From NCBI GenBank assembly GCA_963794945.1, contig CAWCFT010000002.1, positions 1 through 64,000 of the forward strand: a DNA stretch of 64,000 nucleotides, written 5' to 3'. Below, piece by piece: positions 38,012 to 48,729 of the stretch. How positions within the stretch are numbered: the stretch's first letter is position 1; each line of letters opens with the position of its first letter. Source of the DNA: Endomicrobiales bacterium. Lineage in GTDB: Bacteria; Elusimicrobiota; Endomicrobiia; Endomicrobiales; CAWCFT01. A program made the position numbers and the translations under genes. The notes under the pieces were generated by a model, which saw only the letters and a list, made by a program, of their open reading frames with translations, was not told the origin of the DNA and searched no databases.

Positions 38012-39423
38012 ACAATAAATGGCGCTACGCGTTCTTTGTTCTCGCGGCAGTCCCTGTACTTATCCTCACCGCGCAGTCAATAACCGCTACACCCTTCCTT
38101 ATCACAGCCATAATAGCATCCATAATTGTAGCTGTTGTAACCTTTCAAAACCCCGAAAACGGCCTGACTATTATTGTATTTTCGATGCTGTTGTCGCCAC
38201 AGATAACCGTAGCCAGCGTACCGGGGCGCGATGTAACCATAAGAGTGGACGACCTTTTGATAGTTGTAATGCTCCTCGCCTGGCTCGCCTACACTGCCAA
38301 GGAAAAAGACTGGAAAGGCTTCATTAAAACGCCACTGGATTCAAATTTAGTTTTCTTGACCGTTATCTATGTTACCAGCACTGCTCTGGGCATAATAATG
38401 GGCGGCCTCAACCCCGTTAAAGGCGCTTTTTACATGTTTAAATACCTGGAATATTTCGTCCTGTTCTGGGTTACAGCCAACATAGTTTCAACTATCAAGA
38501 ATTTTCCGAGATTCCTGATCTCCGGAGCGGTAACAGCGGTTATCGTGGCGATTTTCGCGTACAGCGTTATGGGATCAGTGGAAAGAGTCTATGCCCCTTT
38601 TGAGTCCAACGGCGGAGAACCTGCATCGCTGGCGGGGTATTACCTTGTCATTTACGGCATGCTGTTCAGCTTTTTCCTTAACTCGGACATAAAAAAAGTC
38701 CGTTACTCCTGCATGGCCATAGCGTTGTTCATCCTGCCAACTTTCATAAAAACACTTTCTCGCGCGTCATACCTGGCGTTCGTACCCATGATATTAACCT
38801 TGTTGCTTCTAACAAAAAAACGAAAAGCTACTTTCGCGCTTTTGCTTATAGGAGGCACGGTTCTATTTCCTATAATTTTCAACGACCTATATACGCAAAT
38901 GGTAAGGCGTATCAATACGACGTTTGTCGGCGCATCTGAGACCAGCCGAGGGGAGAACCTAGCGGACAAAAAGATCAGGGACCCGTCAGCCACCGACAGG
39001 ATAGACAGCTGGAAAATGATCGTCAACGACAGATTAATGACTGATTTCAGAACAATGTTTATAGGCCACGGCGTCACCGGCGTGGGATTTATAGATGGAC
39101 AGCTTTTCACGTTCCTGGGCGAGATAGGAATTGTCGGTACGATAGCTTTTTACTGGATGATGTTTAAGATTATGTTTATAAGCTACCGAACCTATAAGAA
39201 TATAGAGAATGAAACTATAAAGTGCATCTCTCTGGGATTGATCGGCGGTTTAGTTGGGATGCTTTTCCAGTCAGCGACCACTAACACGTTCATCATAGTC
39301 AGGATAAACGAACCGTTCTGGTTCATCACGGCCCTGGTGATGATAGCACCGGACCTGTACACGTCTGAAACGACAGCCGCAGCTACTGGCCCCAATAACG
39401 AGAATACTTTAACGGTTGCTTGA
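38008..39423 (+). CDS. O-antigen ligase / Wzy-polymerase family membrane protein (Wzy_C)
   Basis: About 12 TM segments; TLSRASYLA, SATDRIDSW...FIGHG, EIGIVG motifs; located after wzc. Confidence 0.8.
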   Translation: MNNKWRYAFFVLAAVPVLILTAQSITATPFLITAIIASIIVAVVTFQNPENGLTIIVFSMLLSPQITVASVPGRDVTIRVDDLLIVVMLLAWLAYTAKEKDWKGFIKTPLDSNLVFLTVIYVTSTALGIIMGGLNPVKGAFYMFKYLEYFVLFWVTANIVSTIKNFPRFLISGAVTAVIVAIFAYSVMGSVERVYAPFESNGGEPASLAGYYLVIYGMLFSFFLNSDIKKVRYSCMAIALFILPTFIKTLSRASYLAFVPMILTLLLLTKKRKATFALLLIGGTVLFPIIFNDLYTQMVRRINTTFVGASETSRGENLADKKIRDPSATDRIDSWKMIVNDRLMTDFRTMFIGHGVTGVGFIDGQLFTFLGEIGIVGTIAFYWMMFKIMFISYRTYKNIENETIKCISLGLIGGLVGMLFQSATTNTFIIVRINEPFWFITALVMIAPDLYTSETTAAATGPNNENTLTVA

Positions 39424-39472
39424 AAAAATTCCCCGGCAGAGACTATATTGCTGACTATGACCTTTATGAGCA

Positions 39473-40195
39473 ATGACACGAATTCAGAACTTGAACTCAA
39501 AAGACTGGTGGAACAGCTTCTTTACAGAGTCCGGCGGCTGGGAGAAAAACACCGGGCGCCTTCAAACCAGGACTTTTGCTGAATGTTTCAACCGGGTAAT
39601 AGACATACCCCTGAGCGGCTTCTCACTTCTTGATGCCGGGTGCGCTCTTGGCGACGCTTTACCAGTATTTAAAAACAAGTACCCGGATGCGAAATTATCT
39701 GGCTGCGATTTCTCCGAAACGGGTATCGCACGCTGTCAGAAACAATTCGGCGACATATCATCGTTCTTTACAGCATCCATCGATTCCCTCAACGGCGAAT
39801 GGGACGTTATTTATTGCTCGAACGTCCTAGAGCATTTTCCTGATCCGGTAGACCTGGCGGATAAAATGCTCGGCCACTGCCGTATACTTTACCTGATGCT
39901 GCCTTACAGGGAACTCAACGGCGAAGAACTTCTTACTCCTGCCACAATGAACAAGAACGGTCACATGTATTCGTTCTTTAAAGATAGTTTTGACGGTCTT
40001 ATTGCGAAAGGCTCGGCTAAAACCATCAATGCATTCATAGATGACTGTCCCAAAGCCTGGGGATGGAAATTAAACAAAAAGATCTTCCATGTTTTGAGCG
40101 CTATCCGGCACTTTCACAACCTGAAAAGTATTTTCAGGTTCCCAAAAGAGATAATTTTTGAGATACACAGCAAGGTAATTAACAAAAATGGATAA
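39473..40195 (+). CDS. Class I SAM-dependent methyltransferase
   Basis: LLDAGCALG, GCDFS, DVIYCSNVLEHF. Confidence 0.88.
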   Translation: MTRIQNLNSKDWWNSFFTESGGWEKNTGRLQTRTFAECFNRVIDIPLSGFSLLDAGCALGDALPVFKNKYPDAKLSGCDFSETGIARCQKQFGDISSFFTASIDSLNGEWDVIYCSNVLEHFPDPVDLADKMLGHCRILYLMLPYRELNGEELLTPATMNKNGHMYSFFKDSFDGLIAKGSAKTINAFIDDCPKAWGWKLNKKIFHVLSAIRHFHNLKSIFRFPKEIIFEIHSKVINKNG

Positions 40196-41787
40196 AAATA
40201 TTACAACACAAGATAAAGCTTTATTATCACTATTTCCCGTGATGTTATTTATCATGATAATCGCAAGTGCATTATATGCATATTTCGGCCATGGAATAAT
40301 CGAAGCAATGTATTATAAAAGGATGCCTTTTGCTGCTCTAAATGTATTTATAAGAGGCCAGGCCACACATCTTTTGGGGTATTATTTTAAAGAATCGGAT
40401 GAGTTATTCCGGCAGAGCATTGCTATAGTACTAATTAATCTATTATGCGCATTCTTTGTCAGGCACAGGCTTATACTGTTGGTTAGAGAAACATTACAGC
40501 TGCCGGTCAAAATTAAACGCGGATTTGCGTTTTTCCGCGCCTTCCTATCGCGGAATATTGTCTTTGTCATGTTAACAACACTATTATTTACTATTTTTTA
40601 TTCTGTGTACTATGTGACAGGCACCTCGCTTTCAAAAACACGGGCCTTTAACGAAACGGATATTCTGTTCCAGGCGGATGTTCCCCGAGTTATAGGAGAT
40701 ATAACTGATTTTTCATTTAACCATTACCGCACAAAGGTTCATCCGCTGTACGTGCTGCTGGTGAACCCAACCGGCATTTTTCTCAGGTCTTTAATTCATT
40801 CTCAGGTCAACACGGCCGTGGCTTTAAATGCTTTTTTCGGATCAGCCGGAGTAGCTCTGGGTTTTGTCTTTTTCTACTTGTTTAACAAAAGTTTAGCGGA
40901 TTCATTTATTTTAGCGTCAATTTTTGGTTTAACCATGAGTCATCTTTATACATCGGCAGTACCCGAAACCTATTCCCTTGCTGTCTGCAGCCTTATCTTA
41001 ACGTATATTCTGTTTATTTACAGTTTACGGAACAAACGTTTGTCTTTTGGTCTCTGGGTTGCCGCGGGTATTATATCGCTGGGTGTCACATCAACTAATT
41101 TTGTTCAGAACTTTTATTTGTTTCACTGTCCTTACCGTTGTATTAGTAAAAGATGAAAGAAGATATACGACCATGATATATAACATAGGCGCCTTCGCTG
41201 TGGCCACGATGCTTATAACTGAACTTTTATCTGTATTACAAAAGTTTTTTTACCGTTCTTCGATCCTGTTCTTTTTTCCAAACCCGTACGCTGAGGAAAT
41301 CAATTATTTTAGCATGCTTGTATTCCAACACCCGCTCGCAGCGGCAAAGCTTATCTCAAAACATTTCTTTCTGGTTAATTTTGTGGCTCCCCTGCCGCAT
41401 GTTTTCGCTATGCAAGGCATGGTGAATCCGGCTGTAACATTTTCAGCTCCGACCGCCTTCACTTTAATCGGGCTAGTCGCAGCCGCCCTATGGGTATTTC
41501 TATTGCTAACTGGCGTTCTAAAAAGTATTTTCTCTTACCAAAATAGCGCGTTTTTTATCGGAGCCGCTCTATGCCTGCTATTTAATATGGCCCTGCACAG
41601 TATTTATGGAATCAACGAAGACTTATTTCTATACACTGGTGATTTCACCTTTTTGGTCCTGGCATTCGCCGCTGCCCACACTTTATCAAGAAATTATTAT
41701 ACAACGGCATTTCTTGCCGTATTCTTGATTTTCCTGGCTAGTAACAACCTGACAATAATCGGGGGAATATTAAAACTGTATTCTTAA
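40188..41787 (+). CDS. Polytopic membrane protein, GT-C-like (putative lipid-linked sugar transferase), ~532 aa after one frameshift
   Basis: ORFs 40188-41156 and 41047-41787 join at CAGAAC 41106-41111. Many TM segments; loop with KVHPLY and VPETYSL motifs. Confidence 0.55.
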
Positions 41788-41794
41788 ATTCACT

Positions 41795-43327
41795 ATGATA
41801 ATTACTCTACTGCATTGGCTCAAAACAAAAGAAAAACAGATACTCGGTGGAAGTTCTAACGGTGCCCGGTTCATGCGCGGAACATTTTGGATGTCCGCGA
41901 GCACTGTCGCAACGCTCATCCTCGGAATGACAGCTTCCATAACCGTCGCCCGAATGCTCAACAAAACGGATTTCGGCAAGCTGGGTATGATAGTGAACAC
42001 CATAGCAATGCTCGGCACGTTCGCGGGGCTCGGCCTGGGGCTCACTTCTCTCAAATACGTCGCCGAGTACAGATCAAGTGACCCGGCAAGAGCTTCGCGC
42101 ATCATTAATCTCTGCAACCTGCTTGCCGCGTATTCAAGCGGAATAGTCTGTATCCTTCTTTTCATTTTTGCTAAACAACTATCTTCACGTGTGCTTAATG
42201 CCCCGGAACTCACCAATGCCTTGCGCATGGGCACGGTGCTTCTTTTCTTCTATACGGTTAATGCCACCCAGTCCAGCTCACTTTCCGGGCTTGAGGCTTT
42301 CAGGTCGCAGGCAAAGGTAAGCGTTATGAGAGGCGCGATAAATTTCCCTGTTATGATCATAGGCACCTATCTGTTTGGTTTATACGGCGCCGTGGTTGGA
42401 TCGGTGATATCAAGCGCGTTTGGATGGTTCATGAACCATATGGCCCTGAGAAAAGAACGCAGGATAGCTAATATTCCAGAAGACGGGGGGAAAGCTTTCA
42501 GTGAATTTCCAGTATTATGGAAGTATTCGCTGCCGGCGCTTATTAGCGGAGCCCTCGCAGGGCCTGTTCTCTGGATAGCCAACACGATCCTTGCTAACCA
42601 GCCCGGAGGGTACGGGGAGCTTGGCCTGGTTAACGCGGCCAACCAGTGGCGAAACCTAATAACATTGCTTCCGTCAATATTTTGCGGCGTAGCGCTGCCA
42701 ATACTCTCTTCGGAACAGAGTTCAACGTCCGACAACCGCGAAACGCTCGACCTCACCCAAAAAGTTACTATATCAATTGTGATCCCGGTTTACACAGTCA
42801 CGCTGTTCCTTGGGGACTACATCATGGGCCTTTACGGGAGATCCTTCGCGGGAGGCTACCCGGTACTGGTCGGAATAACGTTCGCGATCTGCATAATGAC
42901 AATAGCAAACGTTGGCGGGACTAACCTGGCCGCGGCTGGAAAAATGTGGACAGGCCTTTTTTTCAATCTCGCGTGGGGAACGACACTGGTCGGCTTCGTG
43001 TATAAATTCGCCCCGGCCGGCGGCGCAAGGTCTTACGCTTTGGGGTACGTTATAGCGTATCTAGTTCTTTTCTGCCTGATGATATGGTATTTAAAAGATA
43101 TTTTTTCGCGCAAGACCTTAGTGCTGTCTCTGGCATCCGTATTGTTCCTGGGAGTTCTGACGCTTATAAGCCTCAAACTTTCTATGAGCAGCAGATTGAT
43201 GCTTGCCGCGCCTTTCCTCTTGTTCAGCCTGGCCGCATCGTTCGTTGTCCTAGGAAAGGGTTATTCCATAAGGATCCTTGACAAAATAAAGACCATTTTA
43301 TCTACAAAGAAAACGCTTTCAGTTTGA
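41795..43327 (+). CDS. wzx: Oligosaccharide flippase (Wzx/MOP family)
   Basis: VARMLNKTDFGKLG, FAGLGLG, YVAEYR; ~12-14 TM segments. Confidence 0.88.
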   Translation: MIITLLHWLKTKEKQILGGSSNGARFMRGTFWMSASTVATLILGMTASITVARMLNKTDFGKLGMIVNTIAMLGTFAGLGLGLTSLKYVAEYRSSDPARASRIINLCNLLAAYSSGIVCILLFIFAKQLSSRVLNAPELTNALRMGTVLLFFYTVNATQSSSLSGLEAFRSQAKVSVMRGAINFPVMIIGTYLFGLYGAVVGSVISSAFGWFMNHMALRKERRIANIPEDGGKAFSEFPVLWKYSLPALISGALAGPVLWIANTILANQPGGYGELGLVNAANQWRNLITLLPSIFCGVALPILSSEQSSTSDNRETLDLTQKVTISIVIPVYTVTLFLGDYIMGLYGRSFAGGYPVLVGITFAICIMTIANVGGTNLAAAGKMWTGLFFNLAWGTTLVGFVYKFAPAGGARSYALGYVIAYLVLFCLMIWYLKDIFSRKTLVLSLASVLFLGVLTLISLKLSMSSRLMLAAPFLLFSLAASFVVLGKGYSIRILDKIKTILSTKKTLSV

Positions 43328-43346
43328 TCACGGAGGCCCAATAGAT

Positions 43347-44087
43347 ATGCCTGAAAAACAACTCGACAGCAAACAGTGGCATAACGCTATAATAGGCGAC
43401 GCCTCTCCTGAAGACATTGCTGGAAGGATCTCGTCCGGGCAAACACCTGAATGGCTGAAACCCGTGCTAGAGCTTTCAAAGCCGGGCGATTCTGTTCTTG
43501 AGTTCGGCAGCGGGACAGGGCTTCTGTCTGGAGCACTGGCAAAGAACGGGAGATCGGTAACACTTATCGATTACAGCCCCGACAGCATAGAATTCTGCAA
43601 AAATGTTTTCAAGTCGGCCGGGCTGGACGCTTGCTTTCTGGTTGCCGATGTTCTCAACCCGCTCCCTATAAAAGACAGCTCTTTCGACTGTGTGTGGAGC
43701 GGCGGCCTGCTTGAGCATTTCACTGACGAAGACATAACACGCATATTAAAAGAATCTTGCAGAATATCCCGGAAATATGTCGTTTCGCTTGTCCCTAACG
43801 CTTATTCCTGCGCTTACAGGGCGGGAAAATGGTATCAGGAAAAGCACGGCTTATGGTCCTGGGGGGCCGAAGGCCCTAAGGGGTCCCTGAAGCCCCTGTT
43901 CAAGAGATCAGGTTTGAAAAATGTGAGTGAATATACTATCGCCCCTAAAGCATCGATAAATTTCCTGGCTCCGGTCAAGCCGGTATTGTTGGCAAAAATA
44001 GCCGCTAAGCTTTTTAATATGATCCCGGACAGGGCCATGAAAGCGTTAAAACAGGGTTATCTGCTTGTTACGATAGGAGAAAAATGA
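43347..44087 (+). CDS. Class I SAM-dependent methyltransferase
   Basis: VLEFGSGTG, LIDYS, FDCVWSGGLLEHF. Confidence 0.9.
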   Translation: MPEKQLDSKQWHNAIIGDASPEDIAGRISSGQTPEWLKPVLELSKPGDSVLEFGSGTGLLSGALAKNGRSVTLIDYSPDSIEFCKNVFKSAGLDACFLVADVLNPLPIKDSSFDCVWSGGLLEHFTDEDITRILKESCRISRKYVVSLVPNAYSCAYRAGKWYQEKHGLWSWGAEGPKGSLKPLFKRSGLKNVSEYTIAPKASINFLAPVKPVLLAKIAAKLFNMIPDRAMKALKQGYLLVTIGEK

Positions 44088-44127
44088 GGAGATAGCACGT
44101 AAGCGGCTATGCTGTTTTTTCAATAAC

Positions 44128-47116
44128 ATGAACAAGTGTTTAAAACTTTTTGCAATTCTTTTTATTTTTTCTTTGTCGTTCACTTGTTTAATTCAAAATG
44201 TTTACGCTGTAAAATTAGTGATAAAAGTAGTTGACCAGCAGGGCAGGGAGATCGCGGGTTCCAAGGTCAACGTGGCGAACATAGGCACGTTTACAACAGG
44301 ATCTACGGCGGACATACCCGCAGGGCAATATAGTGTTTCGGTTGCGCCCGGACGCTCCGGAAAAGCCGGAGATTTCAACTGCCTTGCCAGGAACGAAACT
44401 GTTAAAATTAATGCTGCCATGTCTTTATTGGAGTTTAAGTGGGTAATTTCGCCCGTGACAGTCAACATAGTTGACCAGAACGGTAATCCAGGCTGCTCGA
44501 TGATAACGGGTATAATGAACGATTATTTGTCTAAAACATATACTTTCTATTTGCCTGCCACGGATAAAATGATTTATCCCACAATTCGGGGCATCTGCTC
44601 TAATGGTTACACTCTCAAGAGCCCTGATTTCTTAAATAAAAATGAGGTATTCAAAGTTTCAGACCGTCCTCTGGCTATCAAAAGGACCTGGAATAACCCG
44701 TATTTTCCTGGTAACGGCATTACCACTGGAAGATTCGCGAAGATCATCGAAGGACGGGATGTAGACAAGGCTTTAAGGAAGCAGAACGAAGACTCCGTCA
44801 CGCCGTCCGAAGTACCCAGGCTTTACGGGAAACCGGGCGGCTTTACTGTTTTCGATGACGGCGTAGATATATGTTCTAAAGAATACGCCGACTTGAGAGG
44901 GTTCGAAAAGCCACTGGCTCCCGTGTACCAGGACCTTTCGAAAGGCTGGCCTAATCCGAAGGTTAAGTCTGGCAAACTGGCTATTGATCCAGCTAGCGGC
45001 CGGTTCGCACTATTTTCAGGCAACTACCCAACAAAATCTCTTATTTCCAGCAAAGGTTTTGCTTACACTGGTTTTGCGGTGCCCGGGAACGGTGAAGTCA
45101 TAGTGCAGGGGAATTATGCTTATATAGCTCCCGGGGAAGGCAATTTCCAGGTTTTTGACATAACTGATAAAAGAGCGCCGAAGCCTGTTGGCCATTTTAA
45201 CGCCGGCTTCAAGTACAACCCCGCAGTGTACAAGAACACAGCTTATCTTCTAAGGAAAAGTATTTATCCAGTTGATATAAGCCGGCCGGAAAACCCGAAA
45301 TGGCTTGATGGAAGCACACCATGGACGCCGCCTTCCGGTGGGGGCGCGGGAAATATAGTTATACATAACGGATATGCTTTCGTAACGGCGGCGGGTTCTA
45401 ATATTGGGTTTTATGTTCTGGATATTTCGAATCCCGGAAATTTAAAAGTGTTGGCCTCTTTAGACATAGGCGACCCAATGGGAGGCAGCGAGCTGTTTAT
45501 TGAGGGCGACAGGGCGTATGTCGCCATTCCCGGCAGGCGTGCCGATTACTCCGAACCGAAAGGCGGAGGTGTTGTGGCGATAGATATCAGCCGTCCGCTT
45601 TGTCCAAAGGTGTTAGGATCTTATAGGCCAAAACCCGGAGATGATGTTTATAGCTCGCCATACCTTATAGGGTGTAAAGGTAATATCATGGTCATGACCA
45701 GCGACTGGCGCCCTCCAAATTTTCCTCCCGAAAGACCGGGCAGTCTTATGCTGGTTGATATGTCCAACCCCGCAAGGCCGGTAAAAAGAGGGGTATATAC
45801 GTTCCTTGATGATCATGGAAAGATACAGGGCAACCTTAAGCTAATTGATTGCGCCACAAAAGACAATTGTATCTACGTGACCGATTGCAATTACGATTAC
45901 AATCAGGACTCAATGAGCAGGAACAACCCGCCAACGCGCCTTTTCACGTTCGATATCAGTAACCCGGGAAAACCGCTTTTAGTCGACCAGATCGAGCAGA
46001 AACCGGCCAGGTATTTCTTCGTATCGCGCTATGGCAATTACCTGTATGTGAACGATTACAACTACGGCATACGGATATTCGATGTCACCAACTCCAGGAA
46101 GCCTGCGTATGTTGGAGGAACGGTTACCGCGGGCGAAGGCCATTGGGCATGGACAAACGAAGATGAGACACGCTCATATATAAGCCAGACTTTCGGCGGT
46201 TCGATATTTTGCGCGGATGTCACAAATACTGGTAGCCCCACCGTTATTGGCAAACAATACTGGGATGGCGACTGTGTTGAAAACCCGATAAAGGGAAAAA
46301 ACAGCACCCTGTATGTGCCTCAGCTCTACAGCGTAAGTGTCGTTGATTTCAGCGACCCTTCCAACCCCGTTAAGACCTGTGAGCTGCCAGGACTGCCCGA
46401 GGGCATGACAGTTCCAAGGATAGACGTTGCGGGGAACAAGCTTTATGCGGTTTTGCGGGATCCGGCTAAAGCAAAGAACAGGCTTATAATATATGATATT
46501 TCCAGCCCGAACAAACCTGTATTCGTATCCGACACTGTTATTGGGTCCGGTAAACATGCCCCAAAAGTGTGCGTAAAAGGCGAATACGCATATATTATGT
46601 GCGGCGACCAGGACAAACTGTTTGTGTTTGAGATTAGCAACCCCAAAATCCCGGCCTTTTGCAGCGAGTTGTTCTGACGAACGGATTAATATCAATTTTG
46701 GCCCGGCTTACGCGGGCGACCTTGCTATCTCCAAAGGAACATTGTACGTTCTTTCAGGCCTGACGGGTGGCACAACACCGTTCTATGTTGTAGACGTTTC
46801 AGATCCTCAAAATCCATCATTTTCTAAGGCATATTGCGATAAATTTCAGCACAATGAACCGGAAAGCTTACTTGTGTATAGGGATTTCCTCATTCTAGAT
46901 GACTACTATTCCATTCATATATACAGCATTAAAGACAAAATCAACCCTGAATATATTGAAAGTACGCCTACAGGAGGCGTCGCATCTTGGAGTTTGGGGA
47001 ACATAAGAGGCTCAAACTTATATTACCCGACACTTGACGGTTTGAAAAGCGCCGCACTACCGGCAGTTAACGAGGGTTTGAAAGGCACTGTGGCAGTTCA
47101 GGCTAATTTCGAATAA
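44128..47116 (+). CDS. Secreted LVIVD-repeat beta-propeller protein, ~995 aa after one frameshift
   Basis: Signal peptide; many GxYAYV...xxDISxPxxP repeats; ORFs join at GTTCTG 46671-46676. Confidence 0.82.
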
Positions 47117-47131
47117 TTATTGGAGTAATTA

Positions 47132-48729
47132 ATGAAATCTTCCAGTCAATGGCTTGTATTTATTGTTGTATCATCCATATTTATAACTGTACTTAACCTG
47201 TCATCATTTTTCTCTATGCCGAATTTGCAAAAGATGAACGTTTTCCCGGATGATGCGTTCTATTATCTTATGCCTGCCCTGAATATAGCTAAAGGCAATG
47301 GGCCGACGGCTGACGGAACAAATCTCACAAGTGGATACCACCCTTTATGGATGGGAATACTGGCTTCAGCGGCCAGGCTTAGCGGAGAGAATAAACAAAA
47401 ACTGTTTGTTTTTTCAGTCACTTCCGGGGCATTGCTCCATACTTTGACGGCCGTCATAGTTTATATAACGGCGACAGCCGTTTGCCCGCCCTACATATCA
47501 GGCATTTTGAGTCTAATGTACCTCCTGTGCGCCGATGCCTTAAAAGAATCGATCGGAGGATCTGAGGCCGCTCTTCTCGCTTTTCTGATAGCACTATTTA
47601 TTCTATTAGAATCCAAAAAAGACGGTCTTCGCATACTTAAAGGAATAGTATTGGGCTGTATTTTTCTTGCTCGGACCGACGCGTTCATGTTCGTAGCACT
47701 GTTCTATTTCTTTTCGTTTATAAAAGGATCTATAGCTAGCGGTATGCCGTCAGCAATAAGGAAACTTGGGCTTAGCGCCGTGTTTACACTGCTGACAGCT
47801 TTACCATGGTTCCTTATATCGAAAGCAGTTTATGGCACCCTGACACAAAATTCCATGATGATGAAGCTGCTTTGGCGGGCGCGCTATTTTTCCGGTAAGA
47901 CTTTTTTTGACAAAGCCTATTTCTCGCTGGCGATGTTCAAGAGCTGGCTAGTGGCGCAGCGGACATGTACCCGTTTTTACTGTTTCTGCTTGCCGTACTG
48001 GCAGGCTACCTTGTTTATCAGTATGCTTCAGGCATTCGAAACGAAGAGCCGGCTTCACAGACAAAACAACGCTTATTAGTAAGCCTCGCCTCGCTCCTTG
48101 GCTATATCATTTTCGCTGGGATGTTTTACTCGATACGTTTCTATTTTGTGCGTTCCTGGTATTTTGCTCCTGCACGGCTTTTTTGGCCATTAGCTACGGC
48201 TCTTCTTTTATCGTTCGTTGCTTTTGACGCTAAACTTAAGGCAGCCAGGTTGATAAACAGGATAGTGATTACCGGATTGATATTAATAATTTCTTACAAC
48301 TCCCTACTGGCGGTTAAGAACTGCAAGTTAGCATCTGAAGCGACAAACAATGCCGCACAGTTTGTCGTGATGTCCGATTGGATAAATGAGAACCTTCCCA
48401 AAGACACCGTAGTTGGCGCCTATAGTTCCGGAATTCTTTCGTATTTCAGCGAAAGAAAAGTGGTAAACCTTGACGGTTTGTCTAACAATTCGATTTATAT
48501 GGCCAGCAGAAACAGGGCTATGGACAAATTCATTGACTCCATGAATATCGATTATCTTGCCGATTACGAATCTATCACCATGCCGAACAGAACCTGCGGG
48601 CTGCTGATGGATGGAGACCCTTCATTCGTAAAGAACAGGCTTAAAGAGGTATACAGGATGAAATGCAGCAGCGAGTACGGCGACCTGGTCGTTTATAAAA
48701 TACTTCCCAAAATAAATGATGAACAATAA
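47132..48729 (+). CDS. GT-C fold membrane glycosyltransferase (ArnT/PMT-like), ~532 aa after one -1 frameshift near 47948
   Basis: PDDAFYY...NIAKGNG...GYHPLW first-loop motif, LARTD, C-terminal GILSYFS...NLDGL. Confidence 0.72.

Noticed and set aside
39457..39490. Possible hidden CAGAAC error altering the methyltransferase start (MSNDTNSDLNSKDWW instead of MTRIQNLNSKDWW)
   Set aside because: Both readings are plausible and cannot be decided without reads or homologs.
44092..44120. Intrinsic terminator (ATAGC...GCTAT hairpin then T6) before the LVIVD gene
   Set aside because: Short, bulged stem separated from the T-run; too weak to call.
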